Shown: in pieces, positions 26,047-36,100 of the stretch
Numbering within the stretch: the stretch's first letter is position 1
How the letters are laid out: each line of letters starts with the position of its first letter
From: a virus
Reading direction: 5' to 3' (one strand)
IMG/VR virus record: IMGVR_UViG_3300020731_000011
DNA length: 36,671 nucleotides
The notes under the pieces: generated by a model
The model's input: only the letters and a program-made list of their open reading frames with translations
Told to the model about the DNA's origin: nothing
Database searches by the model: none
Translations under genes and position numbers: made by a program

Positions 26047-27861
26047 TTAATTTTTAGCCGCTTTTAAATCATTAGTCAATTGAATTCTTTTAGCATTCAT
26101 TTTATTTTGCACTCTTCTTCTTAATTTTCTTCCACCTTTAGTTTTATTAAAATACGCATTTACTCCAAGTCCACTATCATCATTTTCATTATCTGGAGAG
26201 TCCATTTGTTCATCTGGATTATCTTCTGGCGTCTCATATGTTAATATATTATCTATTTCTAAAATATTAGAAGCTTGAGTTATAATATCTTGTTGAGCAC
26301 TTGTAAATGCACTTGGTGAATTTTGTGGTTTTATTAATCCTTTTGTTGCTAAAAGCAGTTTTACTTCATCTATAATTATATTATCATCTGATGCAAATGT
26401 TGGAGTAGATTCTACAACTTCAATATTATCTGAATTTAATGCTATGCCAAAACGTCTAGGTATTGTAAGTTTTTGAACTTGTTGATCTTGTATTTTTTCA
26501 GTTATTATTTGAATAGTATATCCTTGATATGTATTTGTAGTATTCTTTTGCTTTCCATTGTAGTTTTTTATAAATCCGATTATTTCATTATTATTATCTT
26601 TTAATGATCTAGAAGTAGCCTCTAAAGAGTCTGCAAGCGGATTTAAAGCAGTATTACTTCCATCCCTTGAACATGATCTTAAATTACTTGCTATAGTATC
26701 TAAATCACCTACTATAATATTTATAGCATCTGCTACTCCTTGCAATATGCCTACTATTAAAGAAATAAAAACATTAACTTCATTTAATAAACCCACTGTA
26801 TCATCTACATATTGCTCTAATTTAGTAGATTTTTTTGCAAATGTAGTAGTTGTTCCTGTAGTGGTATACATATTAGGAAGTGGTAATGTATCTAAAAATT
26901 GGATTATTATTTTAAATATTTTAATAAGTACAAGAGAAGTTCTTATTATTAATTTTATAAAATTTAAATATCTAATTATAACTCCCAGTATATTATTGAT
27001 TGTTTTACTTACTCTATCTATTTGAGAAATTATTTTTGTAAGTTCTTTTGGATTTATGTTATCTACTCCTAATTTATCAATAGTTTTAAATACTCCAGGA
27101 TCTAGTATATTTGCTGCGTATGTTGCAAGATTAGCTGGTGATGTTAAACCTTGAATTAGTACGCAGGATTGTCTTATTAGAGTAATAGTTTTTAATATCT
27201 TATCAATTGTAGTTTTATCAGAATTAGATATTACATTGATATTTGAAAACTTTTTTACTACATCTATAATATAATTATTTATAGTATCTACTTGTGGATA
27301 AGCTTTTCTAATCTCACTTGATCCTAAATAATTATCAGTAGTTAATCTAGTTAAATTTGGAGATATTTCAGATATTAGATTAATTATAATTGTAGAAGGA
27401 TCACTTGCTACTGCATAAGCACTTTCAAAAACATCTATAGATTTTTGAATATCATATGCTAATTTTTGAATTTTCCACTTTGGGTCATTTGGTGGAGGAT
27501 TCTGACTAGGATTGAATTTATTCTGTATACTTATTTTACCAGCTAAATTTTCAAGAGTATTGATTATAGAACATAGATCTATAGAAGCTAAAATCCCAGT
27601 TATATATGCTAAACCATAATCCATAGGATTAGCTGCTTTTTCATTAGAATTAGTACTACTTTTTCCAAAAAATAATTCTGGGAGTTTAGAAGTATAATCT
27701 TTTAAAGTTGTCCATATATTTTTTAATACAGCTGATAGACCTGTGGCATTTGTTTTTTTACTATTTTTTAAAGTATTATTAACATGGGTATATTGATCTA
27801 AGGCTTTCCTTATTTTTTCTAATTCATCTGATAATCTAGCTAATTGAGTATTCTGAGCCAT
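26047..27861 (-). CDS. Large helical hypothetical protein in baseplate module
   Basis: 604-aa ORF with hydrophobic helical segments, coupled to the upstream gene. Confidence 0.7.
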   Translation of the reverse strand: MAQNTQLARLSDELEKIRKALDQYTHVNNTLKNSKKTNATGLSAVLKNIWTTLKDYTSKLPELFFGKSSTNSNEKAANPMDYGLAYITGILASIDLCSIINTLENLAGKISIQNKFNPSQNPPPNDPKWKIQKLAYDIQKSIDVFESAYAVASDPSTIIINLISEISPNLTRLTTDNYLGSSEIRKAYPQVDTINNYIIDVVKKFSNINVISNSDKTTIDKILKTITLIRQSCVLIQGLTSPANLATYAANILDPGVFKTIDKLGVDNINPKELTKIISQIDRVSKTINNILGVIIRYLNFIKLIIRTSLVLIKIFKIIIQFLDTLPLPNMYTTTGTTTTFAKKSTKLEQYVDDTVGLLNEVNVFISLIVGILQGVADAINIIVGDLDTIASNLRSCSRDGSNTALNPLADSLEATSRSLKDNNNEIIGFIKNYNGKQKNTTNTYQGYTIQIITEKIQDQQVQKLTIPRRFGIALNSDNIEVVESTPTFASDDNIIIDEVKLLLATKGLIKPQNSPSAFTSAQQDIITQASNILEIDNILTYETPEDNPDEQMDSPDNENDDSGLGVNAYFNKTKGGRKLRRRVQNKMNAKRIQLTNDLKAAKN

Positions 27862-28295
27862 TATGTTGTATAAGTTGTATTTGATAATACATTATTTAGC
27901 ATATTACTTATATTATTAGTAGCAGTATTTAAATATGTACCAGCTACTTGTAAACCTGTAAATGATGCTTTTATAGTTGGTAAAGTAGTTCCATCTGATT
28001 GACTTAGTGTTGTTGCTAATATAGCTAAACTTTGATTTAATTCAGTTAGTAAAGCTACTAGAGAATTTCCTAATACTACTTGTTCACCTTGTTGTTCAGC
28101 TTTATGTCCTAATTCTATTTTTGGAGAATCTATTAAAACTCTCTCTTTTGAATCTAGATTAATAGTACCTATAGAAGATAATCCAATAGTAGCTTTTCCA
28201 AATAAATATATTCCATCTTTTCTTGAATGGAATACTAATCTATCTGAAGTTATAATAACTTGACTACCAGAATATGGAAATTGAGGTGTTATCAT
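27861..28295 (-). CDS. Putative baseplate spike C-terminal (beta-helix-like) protein
   Basis: QVIITSDRLVFHS...INLDS...IELG...VVLGNSL, with short beta-strand periodicity. Confidence 0.5.
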   Translation of the reverse strand: MITPQFPYSGSQVIITSDRLVFHSRKDGIYLFGKATIGLSSIGTINLDSKERVLIDSPKIELGHKAEQQGEQVVLGNSLVALLTELNQSLAILATTLSQSDGTTLPTIKASFTGLQVAGTYLNTATNNISNMLNNVLSNTTYTT

Positions 28296-29206
28296 GATAT
28301 ATTAAATGTGTATTTATCTTGATCATTTGCAGATGCATAATCATTAGATAGTGGTTTTTGAAATATTAATGTAGTAGTTGATACATTTGTAGATGCTACA
28401 CTTTTTCCATAAGAATTCATTGGGAAATTATCAATATCATCAAGTATTATACTTTGATCTTTTGTTAAATAAATAGATGCGGCATCGGTATTTATATCCT
28501 CTACTGTAGTTGAAAATTTATTTACTGGATCGCTGACTTGACCTTGTCCATTTCTAATTATAGTAATAGGAGATCCATTATTTCCAGAATTTGACCATGA
28601 ATTAAATCCTTTAAATTTAGGAACAGTAGACCCAAATCTTATAGATTGTCCAAATCTGCCTTCTAATATTGAATCACCTTCAAATGGAGTCAGAGTTCTT
28701 ATATTATCTAATTCAGTAAATGTGTCTCCTTTTGGAAATTCAGGTGGTGTACCAGTACCACCTTGATAATTTGGTTTTGTTGAATATGAATTATAAAATT
28801 GAGCCATTTCAGCTATACTAGGCATCACATTATGATTCATAGATCCCCAAAGAGCATATGCTGGCATATAAAATTTACGTTGATTTTCTTTATAATCATT
28901 CAATTCTGGGGAAGGCCCATAAAATACTGCAACTATTTCATTTATAAGTGGTAATTGTTTAACAAAACTAAACATAGGATATGCAAAATCATTTTCATTT
29001 GCAAGTCTAGTTTGTGTAATATCACCATATACTTTTTCAAATCTTATTTTACCATAATCTGCTGGACTTTGGTAATCTGGATTAGGTGTTTTAGTACCAT
29101 CTAAATATGGATTTAGCACAATAGATTTAACCCTACCAATAAAGTAGGGTATGCCTCCTGATTTTTTACCTCCAGATCCTAAACTACCTCCTGAACTTGA
29201 TGACAT
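28292..29206 (-). CDS. Putative baseplate hub/spike protein (gp5/gpV OB-fold-like)
   Basis: GRVKSI...GKIRF...AYP...LPLINEIVAV and EGDSILEGRFGQSIRF. Confidence 0.55.
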   Translation of the reverse strand: MSSSSGGSLGSGGKKSGGIPYFIGRVKSIVLNPYLDGTKTPNPDYQSPADYGKIRFEKVYGDITQTRLANENDFAYPMFSFVKQLPLINEIVAVFYGPSPELNDYKENQRKFYMPAYALWGSMNHNVMPSIAEMAQFYNSYSTKPNYQGGTGTPPEFPKGDTFTELDNIRTLTPFEGDSILEGRFGQSIRFGSTVPKFKGFNSWSNSGNNGSPITIIRNGQGQVSDPVNKFSTTVEDINTDAASIYLTKDQSIILDDIDNFPMNSYGKSVASTNVSTTTLIFQKPLSNDYASANDQDKYTFNIS

Positions 29207-29547
29207 TATTTATTTGATGTTAGAGTGTGAACTTCTTCAAATAATTTAGCCATATCTTGCTCTGTTAACATTCCATTATCAGATTCATCTTTTTTAGAAT
29301 CAGCTGCTTTTTGGAATATTTGAACTAGTTTCATTAAAGTCTCATCATTTTTAAGACTTGAATCAAAAAATCCTTTAAGCATAGGAACTATAACTATAGC
29401 ATCTCCAGGATTTGTTATCATTTCAGAAAGTCTAGTTAATTCAGATTTTAATTTTTTATCTTGTTTTTTATGATTATCGTAGACTTCTTTAACAAGATCT
29501 TCTAATTTTTTTCCTTCAAATACTACTTGACTTAAATCAATTGCCAT
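29206..29547 (-). CDS. Hypothetical helical protein
   Basis: 113-aa ORF preceded by ATATTTATA (29560-29568, minus strand). Confidence 0.75.
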   Translation of the reverse strand: MAIDLSQVVFEGKKLEDLVKEVYDNHKKQDKKLKSELTRLSEMITNPGDAIVIVPMLKGFFDSSLKNDETLMKLVQIFQKAADSKKDESDNGMLTEQDMAKLFEEVHTLTSNK

Positions 29548-29558
29548 ATTTTATTTTT

Positions 29559-30299
29559 TTATAAATATTCCCCATCTTCATTTTCTATTTTATGATTTAG
29601 TAGTCTTTTATATTCTATTTTTATTTTATCAATTACTGGAGTTATAATACTAGATTTAACATCTACAATCTCTTTAATATATATATAAAGAGCCTTTTTA
29701 TTATTAATTCCTATAGTATCATGTCTTTTTAGTATTAGTGCAAGCGCATCTGCAACTTTAATCTCCTCTTCTCTTTCAAATAAATTAAAGGCATTAATTT
29801 CAATATAATCGACTAGCTCATATATTAATGAAACTCTATCAGGTACACTCTCTTGAGGATTTACTATTAATTTATCTATAGTACTCTCTTCAGTATCTAT
29901 AGTACTAATTTGTTTTTTTTCAATTAATTTACTATAGTTTTTTTTGCAATAAGCTATTAAATATCTTTTTGCTATAGTACCAAAATATGAATATGCCTTG
30001 CCTTTACTTTCATCATATAAAGATATTTTTTTATGTAAAAAAGATATTACTTCATATTTTAAATCTTCAAGATCATCTACTTCAGTCTGATAAAATTTAT
30101 ATGTATGAATAATATTTTCTACTAATTTATAAAATGCATTGTGTATTTTTGAATTATAGATCTTATTTCTTTCATTTAAATTTTCAGTATTTCTATATAC
30201 TAAAATAGCGTCTTGAGTATCTAAAGTAAAATAGACATTTTTAGTTTTAGGTTTTCTTTTTCTAGGTTTTCCTTTTTTTGTTAATTCTACACTCTCCAT
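29559..30299 (-). CDS. Putative phage sigma factor (T4 gp55-like)
   Basis: Sigma region-2-like EDLKYEVISFLHKKISLYDESKGKAYSYFGTIAKRYLI. Confidence 0.6.
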   Translation of the reverse strand: MESVELTKKGKPRKRKPKTKNVYFTLDTQDAILVYRNTENLNERNKIYNSKIHNAFYKLVENIIHTYKFYQTEVDDLEDLKYEVISFLHKKISLYDESKGKAYSYFGTIAKRYLIAYCKKNYSKLIEKKQISTIDTEESTIDKLIVNPQESVPDRVSLIYELVDYIEINAFNLFEREEEIKVADALALILKRHDTIGINNKKALYIYIKEIVDVKSSIITPVIDKIKIEYKRLLNHKIENEDGEYL

Positions 30300-30584
30300 T
30301 TAAAGCTTTTTTGTAAATTGCTGAATATTTTCTTGCATGATTTTTACATCATTAAAAAGCTGCTTAAGCTCTTGATCTCCACTAACCCATAAAGTTGAGT
30401 CTATTTTTTGTACAGTCTTATCTATACTATCAGCTAATTGTAAAATTGATTTTATAAAATTACTTTGATTTACAATAATTTGCTCAAATTTATAATTTTT
30501 ACTATATAGATTATATATTACCCACCCCATTGCTAAAAGCACCCAAGATGCTACTATTATTCCTATAATCATTAATATTCCCAT
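30300..30584 (-). CDS. Membrane-anchored helical protein
   Basis: N-terminal TM segment followed by a coiled coil. Confidence 0.7.
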   Translation of the reverse strand: MGILMIIGIIVASWVLLAMGWVIYNLYSKNYKFEQIIVNQSNFIKSILQLADSIDKTVQKIDSTLWVSGDQELKQLFNDVKIMQENIQQFTKKL

Positions 30585-30587
30585 AAT

Positions 30588-31016
30588 TTACATTTTTAAT
30601 TCTCTATGTATTTGTCTTTTAATATCTTTTTCTTTTATACTTTCTTTTTTATTATATAATTTTTTACCTTTTCCAATTCCTATTTTTACTTTTATTTTTC
30701 CATTTTTTATAAAAAGTTCAATTGGAATTGCAGTTACTCCTTTTTCTTTTATTTGAGAATTTATATTTTCAATTTCTTTTTTATTTAATAGTAATTTTCT
30801 ATCTTTATTCTCTTCATGAAGTGCTCCATTAATTCTAGAAATGTGTACTCCTTTTATAAAACACTCTCCTTTTGATACATAAATAAAACTTTCATTTATA
30901 CTACTTCTACCCACTCTTATAGATTTTACTTCAGATCCAAGTAAAACAATACCAGCAGTGTACTCTTTTATAATATCATATTCAAAATAAGCTTTTCTAT
31001 TTTTAGTGATCATCAT
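30588..31016 (-). CDS. smpB: SsrA (tmRNA)-binding protein SmpB
   Basis: NRKAYFEY, AGIVLLGSEVKSIR, RKLLLNKKEI and a basic tail GKGKKLYNKKESIKEKD. Confidence 0.93.
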   Translation of the reverse strand: MMITKNRKAYFEYDIIKEYTAGIVLLGSEVKSIRVGRSSINESFIYVSKGECFIKGVHISRINGALHEENKDRKLLLNKKEIENINSQIKEKGVTAIPIELFIKNGKIKVKIGIGKGKKLYNKKESIKEKDIKRQIHRELKM

Positions 31017-31642
31017 AGATTACATTTATTTACAATAAGATCTGCTTGATGTATAATATATGGCAAATTACTTTTTAATTCAAATTCTGGAGAGTACTGA
31101 ATTAGATAGACTTTATTAGATTCATCAAATGCTCCATCTTTTAATTTTATAGATAAAAATTCATTTTCAGTCATATTTATTCCAGCATTTTGAAGAGTGT
31201 ATATTGCTCTATCAGAATATCTCATATGAGTCATTTCTGGATTAAATTTAAATAATTCACCTTTTTTATCTATTTCCCATTGATTATCATTAGGCTTAAA
31301 AAATGGCTTATCATTAGTTCCTAAACGACCCAAATTGCAATTTGCAGCAGAAAATACTAATTCTTCAATAGTATAATTTTTAGTCTGTTGTAATTTATCC
31401 CAAACTTTATCTAAAATAAGAGCAGATTCTATAATTTTTATAGTACTCTCAATATATCCTCCAGGATAACATCCAGTTTGAGTAATTCTTGCAGAAGCTG
31501 GAGATGTCAATAATACAATCTCTATAGACTTATAGAAATTAATAAGATTAGATGTTCTTTTATTATCTGGTAAATATTTAGATAATAAATCATAGAATTT
31601 ACCTAAATTATCAACTAAATCTTGTTCTTTTAATTTTTTCAT
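31013..31642 (-). CDS. HD-domain-like protein with degenerate metal-binding motifs
   Basis: Scaffold PAS...PGGY...LG.LG...E...I..DG is present but the His/Asp ligands are replaced. Confidence 0.6.
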   Translation of the reverse strand: MKKLKEQDLVDNLGKFYDLLSKYLPDNKRTSNLINFYKSIEIVLLTSPASARITQTGCYPGGYIESTIKIIESALILDKVWDKLQQTKNYTIEELVFSAANCNLGRLGTNDKPFFKPNDNQWEIDKKGELFKFNPEMTHMRYSDRAIYTLQNAGINMTENEFLSIKLKDGAFDESNKVYLIQYSPEFELKSNLPYIIHQADLIVNKCNL

Positions 31643-31647
31643 AATTT

Positions 31648-31971
31648 CTAATTATATTTTGCTTTAATTGCCATTTCTTCTGGAGAATACACTGGATTTA
31701 ATATTACTGAATTATTAATTCTCTGTTGATTTCCTAATAAATTATAATCAAAAGTAGTATAATATATATTATTTAAGTTTCTAGTTTCATCTTTTATTAT
31801 CATCATAGGGTATAAATTAGAATTTGTCAATGATTCTAGTTCATCACACATTCCAGGATCTTTATCACAAGGGACTTCTATAAATTTAATCTGGTTAGTA
31901 TTTAATATTTCTATTAATTTTTTACATTTACTACATCCAGAAAGAGTTACTAATACTATATTATTCTTCAT
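31648..31971 (-). CDS. Glutaredoxin/thioredoxin-like protein
   Basis: GCSKC CxxC motif near the N-terminus and a YP cis-Pro motif. Confidence 0.75.
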   Translation of the reverse strand: MKNNIVLVTLSGCSKCKKLIEILNTNQIKFIEVPCDKDPGMCDELESLTNSNLYPMMIIKDETRNLNNIYYTTFDYNLLGNQQRINNSVILNPVYSPEEMAIKAKYN

Positions 31972-32119
31972 AATTAGGATCTAAATTTTTAAGTATTTCT
32001 TTCCATAATTCTATTTCATCTAATGACATATCAATAATATTAGAATCTAAATAAGAATATAGAATATCTAATTCTGTACTAGTTAATATTTTCTTATCTT
32101 TTATATCTTCTAATTTCAT
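31961..32119 (-). CDS. 52-aa acidic small protein (not in ORF track)
   Basis: MKLEDIKDKKILTSTELDILYSYLDSNIIDMSLDEIELWKEILKNLDPNYEE, overlapping the next start. Confidence 0.6.
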   Translation of the reverse strand: MKLEDIKDKKILTSTELDILYSYLDSNIIDMSLDEIELWKEILKNLDPNYEE

Positions 32120-32261
32120 ATAGTATATATAATATAGTTAAACTTTCTCCCCCCTCCCCTTTTTATATAATTTAATATAATGATTATTTTCAAATAAAAA
32201 AATTTTTTTTTACTTTTTTTTTAAATTTTTTTCTTATTATTAATTTTATATATTGATTATT
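32120..32261. promoter_or_regulatory. Divergent intergenic control region
   Basis: Strand-switch point with long A/T tracts, a C6-T-C4 tract and TAATTTTAT before primase. Confidence 0.5.
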
Positions 32262-33197
32262 ATGGATAATTCTAATTTAATTCGAAATTTACTAGAAAAT
32301 TACTTAGGGAAAGGTAAGCGTCTTTCTAAGGGAGATGTTGCATTTTATTGTCCTTTTTGTAAGCACCATAATCCAAAATTAATGGTCAATATAAAAACAG
32401 GAGATTATAATTGTTTTACTTGTCACCCTCCCACTAAAGGAAGATCTCCTATAGCACTTCTTAAAAAAATAGGCGCACCTAATGATGCACTTATAGAAAT
32501 GAAAAGCTATTTTGTAAATGATACTTTTAAAATCATTAATACTCCAGAAGTAAAAACTATCACTATTCCTAAAGAATTTAAAAGTATACTTGATAATATG
32601 TCTGATTTAGAATGTAGACATGCAATAGCATATCTTAAAAATAGAGGTTTGACTTTACAAGATATTCAAAAATATAATATTGGATATTGCAAAATTGGAA
32701 GGTACGCAAATAAAATTATAATTCCATCTTATGATGCCAGCGGAAAATTAAACTATTTTATAGCTAGATCTTTTGAAAAAGAACCAAGATTAAAAATAGA
32801 TTCTCCAGAATGTAAAAAATCTGAAATAGTAGGATTTGAATACTATATAAATTGGAATGTTCCTGTAATATTATGTGAAGGAGTATTTGATGCAATAGCA
32901 ATTAAAAGAAATGCAATACCGCTTTTTGGTAAAACAATTCCTAAAGGTGTAATGATAAAACTTTTACAATCAGAAGTCAAAACTATATATTTAGCATTAG
33001 ATGCAGATGCGCTAATGGAATCAATAGATAGTGCACAAAAACTTATTGATTTAGGAAAAGAAGTGTATTTAATTCAATTACAAGGTAAAGATCCTTCAGA
33101 TATAGGATTTGAAAATATGATAAAATTACTTCAATATGCTACTCCTTTGAGTAGTTCAGAATTAATGTTACTTAAAATGAAAATAGCGTTATGTTAA
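32262..33197 (+). CDS. DNA primase (Zn finger plus TOPRIM)
   Basis: CPFC...CFTC zinc finger, ILCEGVFDA, LALDAD and KDP. Confidence 0.9.
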   Translation: MDNSNLIRNLLENYLGKGKRLSKGDVAFYCPFCKHHNPKLMVNIKTGDYNCFTCHPPTKGRSPIALLKKIGAPNDALIEMKSYFVNDTFKIINTPEVKTITIPKEFKSILDNMSDLECRHAIAYLKNRGLTLQDIQKYNIGYCKIGRYANKIIIPSYDASGKLNYFIARSFEKEPRLKIDSPECKKSEIVGFEYYINWNVPVILCEGVFDAIAIKRNAIPLFGKTIPKGVMIKLLQSEVKTIYLALDADALMESIDSAQKLIDLGKEVYLIQLQGKDPSDIGFENMIKLLQYATPLSSSELMLLKMKIALC

Positions 33198-36100
33198 ATC
33201 CTCATATTATAGAGACTAGTATAAAAAAAATTAGTAAAATATATCATATCTCAGATATTCACTTCAGAAATTTTAAACGTCATGAAGAGTATAGAAGAGT
33301 GATGAATACCCTAGCTGATTATATAAAAAATACAAAGAATGACGAAAGCATAATATGCATTACTGGTGATATTGTGCATTCAAAAACAGATATAACTCCG
33401 GAATTAGTACAAGAGGTGCAAAATTTTATAAAATTAATGGCATCTTTACTACCCACATTGATAATACCAGGTAATCATGATGCAAATTTAAATAATAATC
33501 AAAGATTAGATAGTTTATCACCTATTATAAATGCTGTATCAGAAAAGAATATTATCTACATAAAAGATACTGGAGTTTATAAATTTGCAAATATTGATTT
33601 TATTCATTGGTCTGTTTTTGATGATCCTAAAAATTATATTAAAGCCTCTGATATAGATTCAGACTTCAAGATCTGTATGTACCATGGTCCAGTTAATAGC
33701 TCACTAACAGATGCGGGCTTTTTACTTGAAGACAATTCTATAAGTGTTTCAGATTTTAAAGGATATGACATAGTACTTTTAGGAGATATTCATAAAAGGC
33801 AATTTCTAAATGAGGCTAAGACTATAGCCTATCCAGGCTCCTTAATAATGCAAAATCATGCCGAATCTCTAGTACATGGTATACTAGTTTGGGATATTGA
33901 TTCTAAAACATCAGAGTTTGTAGAGATCAAAAACGATACTTGCTTTTATACCATAAACGTAGAAAATGGCCTTTATGAAGATGCGCCAACTACAATACCA
34001 AATAATGTTTATATAAGACTTAGAACTAAAAATACATCTCAATCTAGAATAAAAGAGATAGGCGCAGAATTAAGAAAAGATAGAAATGTCATAGAATTAT
34101 CACTGCAATCTATCAATGATTTTTCTAGTTCTTCTATTAAACAGCAATCAAATATAATCAATGTTAGAGATATTGAATATCAAAATTCTATATTGAGTGA
34201 ATATCTTAATACTAAATTTAATTTATCTGAGGAAGAGATAATTAAAATATGTGCATTAAATAGACAATTTAATGAAAATTTACCAAAATCTGAAACTACT
34301 AGAAATTTACAGTGGACTATAAAAAAGTTTGAATTTTCAAATATGTTTAGTTATGGTAAGGATAATATTATTGATTTTACAAATATGACTGGCGTATATG
34401 GAATATTTGCAGCAAATGCAAATGGCAAAAGTTCAGTTATAGAGGCACTTACATATTGTCTATTTGATAAATGTTCAAAAACATCTAAAGCATCTTTAGT
34501 AATGAATAATAAATCAAAAGATTTTCATTGTAAGATAGAATTTGAATTTAATAATAAAACCTATATCATAGAAAAAAATGCAAAACGACAAAAATCAGAT
34601 CATGTAAAATTAGATGTAAATTTCTATCATATAGATGAAAATGGAGTAGAGATTTCATTAAATGGAAAAGAGAGAGCAGATACAAACTCGATTATTCGTT
34701 CTTATATAGGTACATATGAAGATTTTGTATTAACTAGTATGTCAATGCAAAATAATAATACTGGATTTATAGATATGAGTCAGACTGAGCGTAAAGACTT
34801 ACTATCTCAATTTTTAGATATTAAGATATTTGAAGACTTGTCTTTTGTGGCAAATGAAAAGCAAAAAGAGCACTCTATATTAATAAAAGAGTATAAAAAA
34901 ATAGATCATTTTGAAAAACTCAAAGATATAGAATTAAATATAAGCGCATACTCTAATGAGTATAGAAATTTACAAATTAAAAAAGATGAAATTGAGACTA
35001 ATCATGAATCTATAAATTCTGAATACATATCTTTGAATTCTAAACTTATAAATATAGAAAATAACTATATTGATATTAAAGAGTATGAGAATAATAAAAT
35101 AAAAATAGAAGGTGATATTAAAAAAATAGAAGAAAAACTTGAAAAATCTGAAAAGATTATACAAGATATTGATGATGAAATATTGAAAATAGAAAGCAGT
35201 ATTTTAGAAATAGATATAGACTCCCTAAATCAAAAATCAATTCAGATACAAGACTATATAAAAATAGAAAAGGATCTTTCAATTCAAGTAGAAAAATTAA
35301 AGACAGAAATGTCTCATAAACTTGAAAAAATGAAAAAACTTAAGGATCTTAAATATGATAAGAATTGTCAATTCTGCATGGAAAATGTATTTGTAAAAGA
35401 TGCAATTGCCACAGAAGCTTCTATAGAGCGGCATAAAGAAAATGCTACGGAGGTTATTAATAAATTAAAAAAAATAAGAGAAGATATAGCCGAACTTAAA
35501 ATTTATGAAAAATCAATAGACCTATATAATACTCTAGAAAAATCATTATCAGATAAAAAAATTAATAAATTAAAAGCTCAGACAGATCATCATAGACTAT
35601 CATTAGAGCTAAATCAGAGCAATAAAGATCTTGGTGAATATGAGAATATGATTTTAAAATATAGAGAGCAAGAGGCCGCTATAGAATCAAATAAAGAGAT
35701 AAGTGCACAATTAAAAGAGTTAAAAAATAAAATAAATATCATAAAAAATGAACTCAATATCATAAATAATGAAATAGCTCAGTGTAATACCGATCTTCAA
35801 TTAGCGCAAAAAGAAAAAATAATAACTGAGCAGAGTATTGAAAAATTAAAGACTTTAGAAAATGAATTTAAGTATTATAATTACTACTTAATGGCAGTAA
35901 GCAGAGATGGTTTACCGTATAATTTAATTAGTTCTGTAATACCAAAAATACAAGATGATATTAATAATATACTATCTCAAATAGTTGATTTTCATATAAT
36001 GATTCAATCTGATGGTAAAAATATAAATACATATATAGTCTATGAAGATAGTAAAATATGGCCTATAGAATTGAGTTCTGGAATGGAAAAATTTATATCT

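Noticed and set aside
2184-35164. Antisense or nested ORFs in the track (2184-2396, 3779-4111, 5330-5512, 8934-9143, 10943-11143, 11372-11620, 12461-12664, 17223-17420, 22575-22784, 26747-27025, 34970-35164)
   Set aside because: They lie within or opposite well-supported genes, have no motifs, and mostly show the F/I/L/S-rich composition typical of shadow frames.
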